Source of the DNA: Balamuthia mandrillaris
Lineage: Eukaryota
Direction: 5' to 3'
Assembly: GCA_031835245.2 (NCBI GenBank)
Contig: JAVKOQ020000060.1
Span: 62,001-126,000, forward strand
DNA length: 64,000 nt
A model generated the notes under the pieces. It saw nothing but the letters and a program-made list of their open reading frames with translations. It did no database searches and was not told the DNA's origin. Shown here one piece after another: positions 1 to 12,967 of the stretch. The position numbers and the translations under genes are program-made. Every line of letters begins with the position of its first letter. The first letter of the stretch is position 1.

Positions 1-1071
1 CTGGAGTAGTAAGCCCTGGAAGGTTGAGGCCCAGCTCCCTCAGAACCAATCCGATCAGCACCAACGTCAACAAAAAGAGCTCAAGCAGCAGCAGCAGCAG
101 CAACAAAAAGGCAAGCGAGAAAGCGAACACCGAACGCGAAAAGAAGAAAGAGCGAAGAACTCTTTCGGCCGTTTTCACCGACGACGTCAACAACGACGAA
201 GACAAAGAGAAGCCCAACAAGAACAACAAGAAGAAGAGCAACAACAGCAAGAACAACAGAAAAGCAAAGAGGTCATCCACCGCAGCGGCGACGATGTTGT
301 CCGTCTCCCCAAAGACCAATTGGAGGGCGTTGGACCTGAGCGTGTCCTCGGCGACGGCCGCTTCGGCTGCCGCCAAAGCCGATGTCTATCGCGTTGGTTG
401 GACGCTGGACTCATCGTCCGCTTCCTCCTCCTCCGCGGCTTCTTCCTCTGCCTCTTCCGCGACCGCTTCCTCTGCCTCTGAAAACGAGGAAGAGAACGAA
501 CAGGAGGAAAACGAGGAGGAGGAAAACGAGGACGAGCCGGAAGAGGAGGAAGAAGAAGTCACAACGAAAAAGAAAAAGAAGCAACAGAAGCCGACACCCA
601 GAAAGAAACTGGAAGCCGAAGAACAACGACAAAGCGAAAAGCTGAAACAGAAAGAGAAAGACGAACAGGAGGAGGAGGAGGAGGAGGACAAAGGAGAGAA
701 CTTGGAGGCCTACATCAACATAGTGGTGGTAGAGCTGAAGACCAGGAAGGAGCGCATTCGCGATATGCAGCAGCAACTCACCGACAAGGAGAATGCCATC
801 AAGAAGCTGCAACAGGAGCATGCAGTCATGAAGCAAGGGCTGGAGAAAGAAGAGGCTGAGTACAAGGAGCTAGAGGTGTTGCTTGCGCGAAAGGAAAAAC
901 AGAAGCAGAAACGAGATAAGGAGAAGGATAAGCAGAGAAGGCTGTTGCAGCATCAGGACAGCAGCATCTCTCTGACCTCCTCCTTGTCTTCTATCCCTTG
1001 TCACTCCACCATCAAAAAGATTGTTGAGGGAACGGATAAGCTGCCGCGTTCTATTTCAGAGGAAGAGGTTT

Positions 1072-1106
<35 letters not shown>

Positions 1107-1398
1107 GTCCCATTCATTCTTCTCATTTGGCAACCAAAACAGTTAATGCACTTTTGGAGGACGTTCCGTCATCAAGTGCCTTTGCAGCAGCGTCGCTATC
1201 ACGACACAGTCTATCAGGACGCCTTTGTCGGGTCCGAGGCCGTTGACTGGATCATCGCCAACTGGACCAGAGACAAGCTGGAGCGTCGCCAGGCCGTTTG
1301 GTTGGGCAACTGCGTGATGCTGACTGGTGGCTTTAGGCACGTGGCTGAGAGTTGTGCTTTTATGGATGCCAACACTTATTATATTTTCACTGTACGTT

Positions 1399-1429
<31 letters not shown>

Positions 1430-1552
1430 TGATTGTTTTTCTTTGTTGCTCTTATTCATTCGTTATGAAACAAACTCTTTAGGATGCGGAATGCAAATAC
1501 CCAGCTCAACAGTTAAAGCCATTTACAGGTCTTTTGCAAATCAAAGGTTTGT

Positions 1553-1586
<34 letters not shown>

Positions 1587-3450
1587 TCTCTCTCTCTCAT
1601 TAACACGAACTGTGCTGTTATACTTTTTTAACAAACAGAGATAGAGTTGCATGACCTTAACAAAAAGGACTATAAGTCTATTAACTTTTACTGCGAGCAT
1701 CAAAGGTATCGGATAAAGGAATGGTCCAAGGGCGTGTGCATGTATTTGTACGTATTTACTCTGAGCTATCCGTTTCTCTGTCTGAACCTTTCTCTTACTT
1801 AACAAAACAACGCCAATAACCAGCATCGTATGGAGGTCAAACGCAGAGCTGAGAGTGGTGGTAAAGAAAAAAGCAGGCCCAGTCAGAGACAGAGTATTAA
1901 CAGCAGTGCATATCCCGTTGCACGTTTTGACGGTGGGAGAGGTCTATGACGATTGGCACAACCTTTACATCAGTAGCAAGCGACGGACCTCCGCTGCCTT
2001 TGTGGCCCACCAACAAAACAAGGGCGCTGGTGGCGGTACTCCAATGCCTAAGATACGCCTATGCATGAACTATACCTTTTTGAATGTACGTTGTTGTCTT
2101 ATGTTGTTGTTGTTCTTCTTGTTGTTGTTGTTCTTCTTCTGCTGCTTCTTCTTCCTCCTCCTCCTCTTCTTCTATTTCATTCTCTGACAATATAAATCTC
2201 CCTCTCCCCCTCCCTCTACTCCCTCTCTCTCTCTCTAACAGAATACGGTGGATGATGGTTTGGCTCTCCCGCCTGTTGAGTTTGATCCGGAGCGATGGTG
2301 CACGCAAGCCAGCCATGAGTCCTTCACACGACCAATGCCCTCCATCACGGATGGTTACGGCTCCAACCATCGCTGCTGCGCATTGAACAATGTCTATTTC
2401 CAAGTGGGCAACGTAAACAAGTTTATTGGCAAAGCGAGGCAACGTGTTGAAGAGGAACAACAATTATCCTCTTGTTCTTCTTCTCCGAGTTCGAGCCCAT
2501 CCAACTCGTCTTATTCCCTAAGAAGACGAACCAACGTTTCGGGAAAACTTGAGATGAGCTCTCCTTCACTTCCACGCGAAAACAACAATGCTTCAACGAC
2601 AATAACGACGACCACTCTAACGAAAGACTTTTATTTGAATGAAGAAGAACGTGGTGGAGACGACGACACGGATGATGACTTTACCATATCATCAGCAGCA
2701 GATGAGGTAACAACAGAGTCCTCTGCAAAAGAAGAAGCGAAAGAACGAAACGATGAGAAGAAGATAGCAAAGGCCGAAGATGGAGAGAAGCAGAAGAAGG
2801 ATGGCAACTGCCTTGGAGTAACTGACTTTAGCGGAACCCAAATATTCTACGAACACCTCAAGAGCGGCTCGCAAAATATGTTGCAGGATGGAAACGGCGA
2901 GCAAGATTCTTCGTATCCTTCTTTCTCTTCGATGATTGCTGCGTTGTCGGCTGCTGACGAAAGCGCAGCGGATACAGTCAGCGATAACGAGGACGATACG
3001 GACAAATCAAATGATACTGATGATAAAGACAAAGATGGCACCCAAGATGACGACGAGGAGAGCATTCATTTTCAACCAAGCGATTGCTCCTCCTGCGAAG
3101 TCATCACTAGCCATAGTAACACTAAGGAGGAAGACATTCCAACAAGAAAAGAAATAGACTCGGTCATGACGATATTTGCGGATGGCAAAGCGCTCAGACT
3201 CAACTTGAAGGAAATAACAGCCAGTGGCGGTAAGAGTGGAGGCGCCAGCAGCAGCAACAATAGCGGGACGCTTAGCGGAGCAGAAACGAGGCGAGGCAGC
3301 AAAGATGAAGAATCCAGTGGAAAGAAAAGCAAAGGCACCCCCAGCGCTTCTCTCTGCGCCACTGCCACCACTGAAGATGGAGAACCTTGCGTTCTGCTTT
3401 ATGGCGTGTTCAGTTATGGTAATGTTATCATTCTTCTCGCTCGATCTTAT

Positions 3451-3495
<45 letters not shown>

Positions 3496-4381
3496 CTATG
3501 CTTTGTTCAGCTTTGTTCGATCTTCGCAACGAGAAAGTGGAGGTGTTTGTGCAGTTGACACCTCCCTATGGACCCTGGACTTCCGTCGGCATCAGCGAGA
3601 CCGATCGCAATGGCCGCCTCATCCATGCCGTCCCCTACAGCCAATGTCCCATCCAGTCCGCCGCCGGCCATTACCCCGTCCGCATGGTGGTCCTCGTCCG
3701 TATTCCCCTCCTTTCCTTCCATCTTCCCCCCTCGCTTCACGCTAAACGAATGATTCCTACAACACCAAACAGGGAGACCGCTCGGTGGCGGCCGGTTCCC
3801 TCTGGATCATCAAGCCCGGCACCGGGGCCGTCGTGTTCGATATCGACGCCACGCTGACCCCCGGCGACGAGCAGGTGGTCACCCAAATGACGCTCAGCTG
3901 GCTGCGCCAGAAGTACGACCCCCGCCTGCGGGACGGGGCCGTGGCCGTGGTGCGGGCCTGGAGCATCAAGGGCTACCTCCCCATCTACCTCAGCGGGAGG
4001 GCCGGGTCGCAGTACAACATGACCAGGCACTGGTTGATACAGCACGGCTTCCCGCCGGGCCTCATCCTGTTGACGGACACCCTCACCCCCACCGTGCCTT
4101 TCTACAAGTCGGTCGGCATCTTCAAGCGAGAGTTTCTGAAGAAGCTCAAGGAGGAGTACCGGCTGGAGTACGGGGCGGTCTATGGCAATACCATGACGGA
4201 TGTGAGGGCCTACGAGGAGGCGGGCCATCCCAAGGCCACCACGTTCATTGTGGGCAAGCTGGGGGGCAAGCATGGCACGGTACCCGTGGGCAACGGCTTC
4301 CTGGCCAACGTCAAGTATGTGATCGAGGAGTGTCCTGTCGCGCGCGTGCCGGCTCTTCCTTTTGATAGACAGTTCTTCGAG

Positions 4382-4387
<6 letters not shown>
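1..4387 (+). CDS. Multi-exon protein (5' partial): low-complexity/coiled-coil region, DEP domain, C-terminal LNS2/HAD domain of the Nir/RdgB type
   Basis: DEP-like 'RRYHDTVYQDAFVGSEAVDWIIAN...RRQAVWLGN'. Last exon has 'GAVVFDIDATLT...GAVAVVRAWSIKGYLPIYLSGR...YGAVYGNTMTDVRAY' (LNS2 motifs). (CT)n-rich GT-AG introns; stop at 4385-4387. Confidence 0.75.
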
Positions 4388-4412
<25 letters not shown>

Positions 4413-4585
4413 CTGGTCGTGTTTTTTTTGGTTTTGCGTGCTATTTTTTTGGTTTTGTTTTTGTGTTTTGTTGTTTGAAACAAAAATATATAAAGTTCTG
4501 ATATCTACAGAAAGTTACTATTTTGTTTTGGGTTTAGAATAAGAAAGCAAAAAAAAAACAAGAGAGAAAAAAAAAAGGAGGGATA

Positions 4586-5241
4586 CTAAGAGAGAAGGGC
4601 TTTGGCGAGAATGGCGATGACGAGGCCAAGAATAATCATGCACAACAATAACATTATCAACTTCCGTCCTGTCTTCTTTTGTAGCTTTTCTCCCTTTTTT
4701 TTTTTAACAAAACAACATTTTTTAAGATAACGTCGGGTTAACGCAAGAAGAGGGGGAAATAGGAGAGAGGCGTACTTCATCCAGTTCCTTAACGACATGG
4801 TCGATGTTAACTGCTGTGTTCTCAATGTTGTAGTCGATACGATCTAATATAGTTCCCTTTTTTCGTGTTCAGAAAATGATGAGATGAGGGCTGATTAGAC
4901 GGTTCTCTCTCTCTCTCACTCTCTCTCTCTCTCTCAATCTCTCTCTCTCTCTCTCTCCCTCTCTGAAAATGATAAGTACCTGATCGACAATAAGTATAGC
5001 AAGCTCTCTGAATATCTCCGCCAAGTCGATGATGGACCTCTGAATGTTCATTATTTCATGCGTTCTGCTATCCACTTCGCCTTCTATCTTCTCCAATTCT
5101 CGCAGCTGCTTTTCATCAAAGCCTGTGTCATACATATCCATGGATAGCTGGCCCGGTGCGGATCCACCATTTCCTTCTTCCAGCATTACCTCTGAATAGC
5201 TGAATCGGTTCGACTGATCATTCCTTGCTTGCAAATCTTAT

Positions 5242-5278
<37 letters not shown>

Positions 5279-6303
5279 AAAGTTAGATGAGATCAAGAAA
5301 AGCAATACAAAAAGGAGGCATAAGAAAAGTGGAGAACGAGAGAATGCAGAAGCGAGAAATGTACTTTGTAGATAAGACTTTTGAGAGGAACGGAAACGAG
5401 AGGAAAGGGATTGAAGGGAGGAGGCAAGGTTCATCTGCACGTTCTTTTTCATTCGTTCTTCTTCATCGCTGTTGGAAGGTCTCTTTCCCAGTGCTTTAAC
5501 ACGCGCTTGCGCTTTGTGGAACAACTGAAAGAAAAAAAGAAAAAAGAAAAAAGAAAAAAGAAAAAAGAAAAAAGAAAAAAGAAAAAAGAAAAAGAAAAAT
5601 GAGAAAAGAGAAAAAAGAGAAAGAAATGACGAGAAAGAAAAACTAACTTCAGTTATTTCGCCAGTTTGGATTTCAATGGCTTGTTCCTCCTCGACTCGGT
5701 CATCAAAGCCAGGCAATAGGTGCTTCTGATGCAAGGTCTTCAGCTCTTTGACTGTTGGTTTTTTTGTTTGATGAGAACAGCATGGATGGACATAACGAAA
5801 CCCGTCTATAAGAGAAGATAGGGCGAAAGGAGAGCGGCGATTGAGAGAGGAGAGAGAGAGAAGGCATTTATCGTACTCTTTGATTTGATTCTTTCAATGT
5901 CGTAGTTGACTTCGTCAACTAAGGACATCCAAACAGGCGGTATATCCACTCTAAGCTCTAGTTCCATTGAAAAATAAAATCAGCAACAAAGATTTTCGGT
6001 AGGATTTCTTCTTCTCACATCCAATCAGAATGGTGAAGGAGAGAAGGGGTAAATACCATCAGCTCCATCTTTGCTAAGGAAGGCCGACTTGTCCTCCTTT
6101 CCCACCACCGAGTAGCCCGAGGAGTGAGAGCCGCCGCTCACCGCGTCGACGACGCTCCCTCCAAGCGTCGTGCGAAACTGGCCCGAGGCGTTCTTCCTCG
6201 CGCCCACCGTCTCGTCCCTGTGGTGCTTGAAAAATTCCGTCCTGTCTCGAAACACCCCAACCTTCTTGGCCTTCACGGCAAAGCGCTTCTTGTCTGCGTT
6301 CAT
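4586..6303 (-). CDS. STX16: Syntaxin-16/Tlg2-like Qa-SNARE
   Basis: N-peptide 'RDRTEFF', 'HQKHLLPGFDDR', SNARE motif 'EIMNIQRSIIDLAEIFRELAILIVDQ|GTILDRIDYNIE', C-terminal TM helix. Confidence 0.88.
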
Positions 6304-6718
6304 TCTTTATTTATTGTTTTTTTGGTGGTAGTGGTGCGTATGGGATCGAATCCACTCAAATTAAAACAAAAAAACACAAAAGCCCTTGAAGAGAGAGAGA
6401 GGGGAAGGGAGAGAGGGAAGGGTGAGGGGGAGGGGAGGGGAAGGCTCTTTTTTTTTTCTGGATTGCTTTACTTCCACTTCTCTCTCTCTTTTTTTTTTGT
6501 TGTTGGTTCCTTTTTGTTGCTTTTTCGGCGACACCTTTTCTCCCTCAAACCCATTTGCTGCACAAAACCTGCAGGAATCGAGAACGATTGGTGCTTCCCT
6601 TTGTTATTGGTGCGCAATTTCTGAACACTTACTGGTCGAAAGCTGCACAACAAGTGTAACAAAAAAAACAAACAAAATAGATAAGAAAAGAAAAGAAAAA
6701 AAAAAGAGAGTAGCGGAG

Positions 6719-8911
6719 ATGCGTAGCGCAGCGGCCATGCGACGACGAGGATGGCCGCTTTCTGCTGCGGCGTCCGGCGATGGGCTCAACACCAACGGCG
6801 GCGGGCTTGGACTCGCGCGGCACCCCGCTGCTTGTGCGGCAGCCGGAGCAGCGTTGGGCTTGGGCTCGCGCGGCACGATTCGCGCTCCCCTTTTTTCCTC
6901 CGGCCCCGCTTCCTGTCGCCCCCGCTACTACCGCTGCTGCTCCGCGCTCGCGGGCCCCTCCTCCCCTGCTCCACGCTCCCTTTCCTCTGCTCGTTCTCAT
7001 CCGCAACGACCTCTGATCTCCTCTCGCTCTCTTCACACTGCCGCTCCTTCTTCTTCTTCCGCGCCGGCCACACATGAAGAATTCCCGCAACAGCCGCTGG
7101 GCTCCGCGCTTCTCTCCACCAGAAAGGAGTACCGCGTGGATTCGTCCGTGCGACTTCCGGACGGGACCTACCTGCGCGCCCAGGACGCTCGCGACTTCAA
7201 ACGCCTAGCCCGCAGCATAGCTCCCGCTGCCCAAAAAGATGAGGCGGCCGCGTTGGCCTACGCCCTGCGCTTCTTGCCCAAGGGCTTCAAGGGGTTGGAG
7301 GGCGACCTGAAGCTTGACCTCTCTGCCTACAGGGGCTACGATGAGCTGCTCACCGCCTTCCTGCAAAAGATGTTGTACCCCCACGAGGTAGGTCAAGGCT
7401 GGCAAGTCATCTCCTCCGACAAACAGCAAGAGGGCTCAGCCATGACCGAGGAAGAGGAGAGGCAGGTTGTGACAAAAGCAAAGGAGCGTATTCGACAGCT
7501 GAAGGATGTGCTAGAGGAGAAGCTGGCGGAGCAGAAAAATTCTAACATGGCTCAGCTGGCGGCCATAAGGAACGAGATACGGCAGGAGCAGCGCAAGATC
7601 AAAATACTGCACCAAACGAAGCAGGCCAACAGGGAGCCTCTCTACCCATGGCATGATCAGAACGCCTTTGACTGGCCGCCCAAAGCTGTGGTGCGCGCCC
7701 TTTGTCCTGATGCCAATGGCCTGAGGGTTGTGCAGGTGGATTGGCGCCGCCATGTCATCATTTGCGCAGAATTCCTGCTCGATGAAGAAGCAGAGGAAGA
7801 CAGAGGAGGCATGCGTTATGGCCACGGCATGGCAGGAACAGGAGGCGGGCAGCCTAGCCTGTCACCTTCCACAGGTGTAGCAGAGGACGGGTTTGAGGAA
7901 GGATTTGATGAGGAAGAATTTGATGAGGAAGAATTTGAGGGAGCGATTGAAGATGAGGAATTGAAAGGTATTGTTCAACAGCTAAAGGATGAAGCGATAA
8001 AAGAATACGAGAACGTGGAGGAGCTAGTGGCCAAGTATCCTGAGCTTCAAGATGAAGAACTGATGAAACAGAGAGAAGAGGAAGTGAAGGCATTCATCAA
8101 AGAGTTGACTACAAAACAAGCAGAGGACCTGTACGGAGATGACTTCAACGCAGCCCATAGCATGTGGGATCGTTTAGACGAGGAGGTGGACCCCAACCAG
8201 TACTACCCCCACCGATATGCCGAATATCCCCTCTCCCCCCAATGGGAGCTGGCCCTGAAGAAGCTTGGGTGGCCCTTACCTCCCCTCATTAACTCTAGTG
8301 TGTACCGTTTGGTAGGCCCCAAGGCGGGTCCTTACTACGGGTTGAAGCATCGCTATCACCCTGACCTGTTGAGCCCTGCGGTGGAGGAGCCCGAGGAGTG
8401 GGTGCCCATGGAGCAGGAGCATGCCTATTGGCAGTCAGGCGGTGAGGAGGAGATGAGGGTGCTCCAAACTGGAACGCTGCTGCCCCAGTTACCTGCCTTC
8501 CACAACATCTATTGGAAGCGAGGAAGGGAGGAAGAGGAGCCTAGCAGTATGGATTTGTCTCTCTCACAACTTATGAGGAAGGAGAATGGCAACTACTTGT
8601 TCCCAAGCCATGAAGAGGATGAAGGAAAGGATCGGGTTAGCGCAAAAGCAAAAGGAAAAGGAAAAGGAAAAGCAAAGAGAGAAACAGAAGAAGCAGAGAA
8701 AGAGGAGGATGGGGATGAACAGGCACCTACTGTTCTGTTTGTGAGCGACGACTACGACGCCCAATTGGAGCAGTTCCAGGCGGGCATCGTGCAGGAGTAC
8801 AAATCTTTGCAGTCAGGAAAGCAGGATCTCGTCTTCTCTAACCCGAACTCGGAAGGCTTTGTGGACACCGAGGATTGGCACGAGGAGGACCGTGGATCCA
8901 GGAGGAGATAA
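6719..8911 (+). CDS. Intronless hypothetical protein (~730 aa) with Arg/Ser/Ala-rich mitochondrial-presequence-like N-terminus, coiled-coil and acidic tracts
   Basis: Long ORF from MRSAAAMRRRGW with coding-like GC content; no family recognised. Confidence 0.7.
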   Translation: MRSAAAMRRRGWPLSAAASGDGLNTNGGGLGLARHPAACAAAGAALGLGSRGTIRAPLFSSGPASCRPRYYRCCSALAGPSSPAPRSLSSARSHPQRPLISSRSLHTAAPSSSSAPATHEEFPQQPLGSALLSTRKEYRVDSSVRLPDGTYLRAQDARDFKRLARSIAPAAQKDEAAALAYALRFLPKGFKGLEGDLKLDLSAYRGYDELLTAFLQKMLYPHEVGQGWQVISSDKQQEGSAMTEEEERQVVTKAKERIRQLKDVLEEKLAEQKNSNMAQLAAIRNEIRQEQRKIKILHQTKQANREPLYPWHDQNAFDWPPKAVVRALCPDANGLRVVQVDWRRHVIICAEFLLDEEAEEDRGGMRYGHGMAGTGGGQPSLSPSTGVAEDGFEEGFDEEEFDEEEFEGAIEDEELKGIVQQLKDEAIKEYENVEELVAKYPELQDEELMKQREEEVKAFIKELTTKQAEDLYGDDFNAAHSMWDRLDEEVDPNQYYPHRYAEYPLSPQWELALKKLGWPLPPLINSSVYRLVGPKAGPYYGLKHRYHPDLLSPAVEEPEEWVPMEQEHAYWQSGGEEEMRVLQTGTLLPQLPAFHNIYWKRGREEEEPSSMDLSLSQLMRKENGNYLFPSHEEDEGKDRVSAKAKGKGKGKAKRETEEAEKEEDGDEQAPTVLFVSDDYDAQLEQFQAGIVQEYKSLQSGKQDLVFSNPNSEGFVDTEDWHEEDRGSRRR

Positions 8912-8995
8912 CCCTCTTCTCTCGCTCGCTCTCTCTTCTCTCTCTTCTCTCGCTCACTCTCTTGACTTGTGTTTTGCACCGTTTAAACTTTTTTT

Positions 8996-9867
8996 TTATG
9001 AAGTGTCGTTGGATGACTGTGCATCTTCCTCTTTCTTCTTCGCTTCGTCTCCTTCTTCTAGTTTTTCTTTCTCTTCTTCTTCTTCTTCGTACCGCTCCAA
9101 GTCATTATCATCATCAAAGTCATCATATGCGTCTTCTTCTCCTCCTTGTTGTTCATTGTTTGCTGTTGTGATGGCCTCCACTTGTTTCTGCCTCTGCTTC
9201 TTCTTTTTCTCCCAAAGCGACTTGCCTTCCGCGGTGAGCTCCGCCACAAACACTCGCTCCACGTGCTTGCCACCGATCAGAATCAATCCTGCGTTTCTCC
9301 TCTCCTCCTTCTCTATATTTTTTTTTTCGTTTGATGATGATTATTTATGATGAGAGAAGGAGGAGAAAAAAACAACAGCAACGAACCTGGTTCACCAGGG
9401 ACCGAGCCAACGCGCCGGTACTCCACGCATTGGTTCAGGATCAGGTTGCGCTGCCGATCGATGCACAGCAGGCGGCCGACAAAGCGACGCCCATCCCGAA
9501 TGTCCACCCGCACTTTGCGGCGCAGGCAGCGGCGGCGGGCATTCTCCAAGGCGGGGGTGTCCGGCTTGTCGTTGCTGCTGTTGCCGAGGCGAGCGTCCCA
9601 CGTGTTGTTGGGTCTCAGCTTGAGGCCGCAGCGGGAGCAGTAGGCGTCCCTGTGGCGACGGACAAGATTGCCGCAGGCAGCGCACTGGCCGTCCAGCTTG
9701 GAGGAGGAGGCAGCCTCCTCCTCCTCCTCCCCTGGTGGTGCGAGGCCGTTTTGTTGCGAGAGGGAGAGGTGGAGGTCTGGAACGAGAGTGGCAGTGGGAG
9801 CAGAGTCGTCGGCTACGCCTTGCCGAGAAGAACCATTCTCCAGGTCTTCTTGCTCTCCTTCGGTCAT
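8996..9867 (-). CDS. LSm-domain protein, probably NatC auxiliary subunit (NAA38/LSMD1/Mak31-like), preceded by a CxxC..CxxC zinc ribbon
   Basis: Sm1 'LRRKVRVDIRDGRRFVGRLLCIDRQRNLILNQCVEY' and, after an intron, Sm2 'LILIGGKHVERV'. Confidence 0.75.
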
Positions 9868-10084
9868 TTCTTTGCTTTCCGTTTGACCAGACGATAGGAA
9901 AATAAAAAACTATCGAATATCGTGAGAAAACACACGTGTCGCCATTAAAATAAAATGCTATGAGGCGATTTATTTTTGTGCTTGTCGATTAATGGCCAGA
10001 TATATCGAAAAAAAAGGAATAAAAAAAAGAAGCCAGAGAGAAGGAAAAAAAAAAGAGGGACTGCCTCACACCACAGCTGAGGAG

Positions 10085-10743
10085 ATGCTGACCCAGGGAA
10101 GAGCTCGTCGTCTTTTGCATCCAACTATTTTGCTGTTGTGGCTGGTGGTGGTGGTCATCAACGCCGAACAAACCAACAACGACAACAACGACGACCAACA
10201 GCAAAGCATTCAATTTGCCTCCACCACCACGTCTTCCTTCAAATCATCCTCCTCTCCCTCTGGTCGACACGTAGAACTCTCCGCCTCCACTTTGAAGGCC
10301 GCCTTGGTCATCACTCGCCATGGAGACAGGTCTCTTTTTGCCTTTGGTTTATTTTATTTTATTTTATTTTATTTTATTTTATTTTATATTTTATTATTTT
10401 ATTTTATTATTTTATTGTTTTATTAAAGATTTTATTTATTATTTTTCTATTTTTTTTTTCTATTATATTTTTTAAAAAATATAATAGAACGCCAGTGAAG
10501 CTCTTCCCTAACTCGACGAGCGAATGGCCGGAGGGCTTGGGCCAGCTGACATGGTTGGGCATGAAGCAGCACTACGAGCTCGGCCAAAAGTTCCGCCAAC
10601 GCTATGTGGAGGAGTTTGGCTTGCTGAGCCCGCGGTATTCCGTGCACGAGGTCTTTGCGCGTTCTACCAGCAAGGAACGAACGCTCATGAGCGCTCAGGT
10701 CTCTTCTTTCTTCTCACTCTCAAACTGTCAACCCTACTGATAC

Positions 10744-10779
<36 letters not shown>

Positions 10780-12629
10780 CAGAGTTTTATGCACGGACTG
10801 TATCCACCAGGAACAGGCTCTGAAGGTCTTCCAGGCCTAATCCAACCTGTTCCTATTCACGCCGCCGAGAAGCACCAAGATAGGGTGCTCTACGCCTACA
10901 AGAACTGTCCTCGCTTGAAGGAGCTGGCCAAGAAGGTCAAACAAGGAGCAGAGTGGGAGAGCATGAACAAGAAAACGGAGCGACTGCGGCGCTATCTCTC
11001 TCAGTTGTTTGGCTATGACGTGCAGTTGGGAGATGTTGCCAGCATCAAGACTTTGCTTCAGGCGGAGCGCATTCACAATAGACCGAGTCACCCAGTCACC
11101 CCGGAGATGATGAAAGAGATAGAAAGGGTGGCCGCTTGGTTTGTACGTGTCTTTTTTTTTTTTTAATTTGGATATGTTTTTTGCTTCTTTGTTATGTTAT
11201 CGTTTAATTCTTTCTCTTCTTATGTTTGCAGTATACACAAAAGTTTCCAACGAGACAGATGGGATGCCTGGCTGGAGGCATTCTCATAAATGAGGTACCA
11301 GCCTTCTTTTTTCGGTATGCTTTCTTTAAAATTAACCAAAGTTAAACATATAAAACAGATCAAAGACTTTCTGGCATCACATATCCGGATCAAGCCTGAT
11401 GGCACTACCGAGTTGATTACTGGAGAGGAAGAGGGAGCAGCACTTAGGAGCAAACCACAGGCAGAAGGAAAGAAGAAGGATAAAAAGGACAAGTCTCCAC
11501 CAAAGTTTACACTTTTTTCTGCTCATGACGGTACCCTGTTGGGAATGATGTCTGCTTTATCTTTACCAAATATTTGTACGTGGTTTTCTTTCGCTATCTG
11601 CTCTCCTTCTTCTTGTTCTTCTTCTGTCTTGTTGACGTCCTTCTTCCTCTTGTTCTTCTTGTTATTGTTTATCTTCTGTTTCCTTGTTTTTCTTGTTCTT
11701 TTTCTGTGTATTCCTTCTCGCGCACGCTCTCTTTCTCTCTTTCTCTCTTTCAAAAAAAGAATTGAATACTTACATTGGACAAAATGCAGCCCAGCCTCGC
11801 TACTCCTCTTACTTTGCATTCGAGTTGCACAGTATAAAGTATGATGAATACGATGAAGGAGAAGAACACGTCGTCCAAGTGCTTTACAACGACGAGCAAC
11901 TCATACTTCCCATTTGCGAAGGCCACATCTGCCCATTTTCTCATTTTGAACAGTACGTCTTATTTATTTCTTCGTTTTCCGTTTTATAAACACCTAACAT
12001 TATATTTGCACATTTACAAAGGCTTGTGAGTCAATGTGAGCATGACAAATGGGAAGAAGAATGTCATTTGACCGAGGAACCAGCAGCAGTAACTACCATC
12101 GAAAGCAAACACAAGGCCGACAAGTCATTAGAGACATTGTTGGAAGAGGAGGAAAGGAAGAAGAATGATGAACAGGGAGAAATCTCTCCTGATGCGCGGT
12201 TCACAGTTGATCCCGAGCTTTTGCATGCTCAACATTTCGACAAGGAAACACTCATCGGAGAAGAACAGAAAAACAGCAACAGCAAAAAGAAAAAGATTTT
12301 CAACGAAACGATTGGACGACTGCAGCAACAACAGGAAAGAATGGATCGGTTGGATTGGGAGTTGTTGATCCTCGGTATGTTTTTAGGCATTATTGTTGTT
12401 CCAGCTTATCAACGTATTCGACACAAGTTACAACGACGTTATTTAAAGGTACAGATTGTTTTTTTTTTCCTCTTGTTTTTTTTTTTCTCTCTCTCTTTAC
12501 TTTTTTTCTTTATCCTTTTTTTTAAAATATCTCTTTTCTCTCTTTCTATATGTATGTATTGAAACCATCTTTTTTTTTCTTTTCCTTTTGTTTTTTTTTT
12601 GTTTCTAACAGAACTATAAGGGAGAGTGA
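10085..12629 (+). CDS. Histidine acid phosphatase (branch 2, lysosomal-type), type I membrane protein
   Basis: Signal peptide; RHGDR|TP catalytic motif split by an intron; 'WPEGLGQLT..GMKQHYELG', 'FSAHDGTL'; C-terminal TM 'LLILGMFLGIIVVPAY'. Confidence 0.88.
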
Positions 12630-12809
12630 GCAAAAAGACCTGTGTGCTTTTATTTTGTATACAACCACTGGTTTATTTTTATTTTCTTTTTGCTTCTCAT
12701 TTTTTTTCTCCTCTCTTTTCTTTGCTGCTTCTTTGTGTTTGAATTCTTACTCCAGCATGTACCGGCGAATATGCTGGAGTGGTCCAAACGAAAACCATCG
12801 CAACACAAG

Positions 12810-12872
12810 TCCCTTGTGGTGTGGTCGGTAACACCGCGGAAAAAACCGTTGTTCCGGCTACAGCACAAGGGA
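12810..12872 (+). ncRNA. Candidate 63-nt tRNA-Glu-derived hairpin RNA (unit A)
   Basis: TCCCTTGTGGTGTGGTCGGTAACAC resembles the 5' half of the adjacent tRNA-Glu and pairs with TGTTCCGGCTACAGCACAAGGGA using G:U pairs. Confidence 0.5.
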
Positions 12873-12967
12873 ACGAACGGTGGGCAAAATGAGTTTCAGA
12901 GGGGGAGTCCCTTGCGATACACATTGGGGAAACGCCTTGTTCCGGCTACACCACAGGGGAAGGGAAC

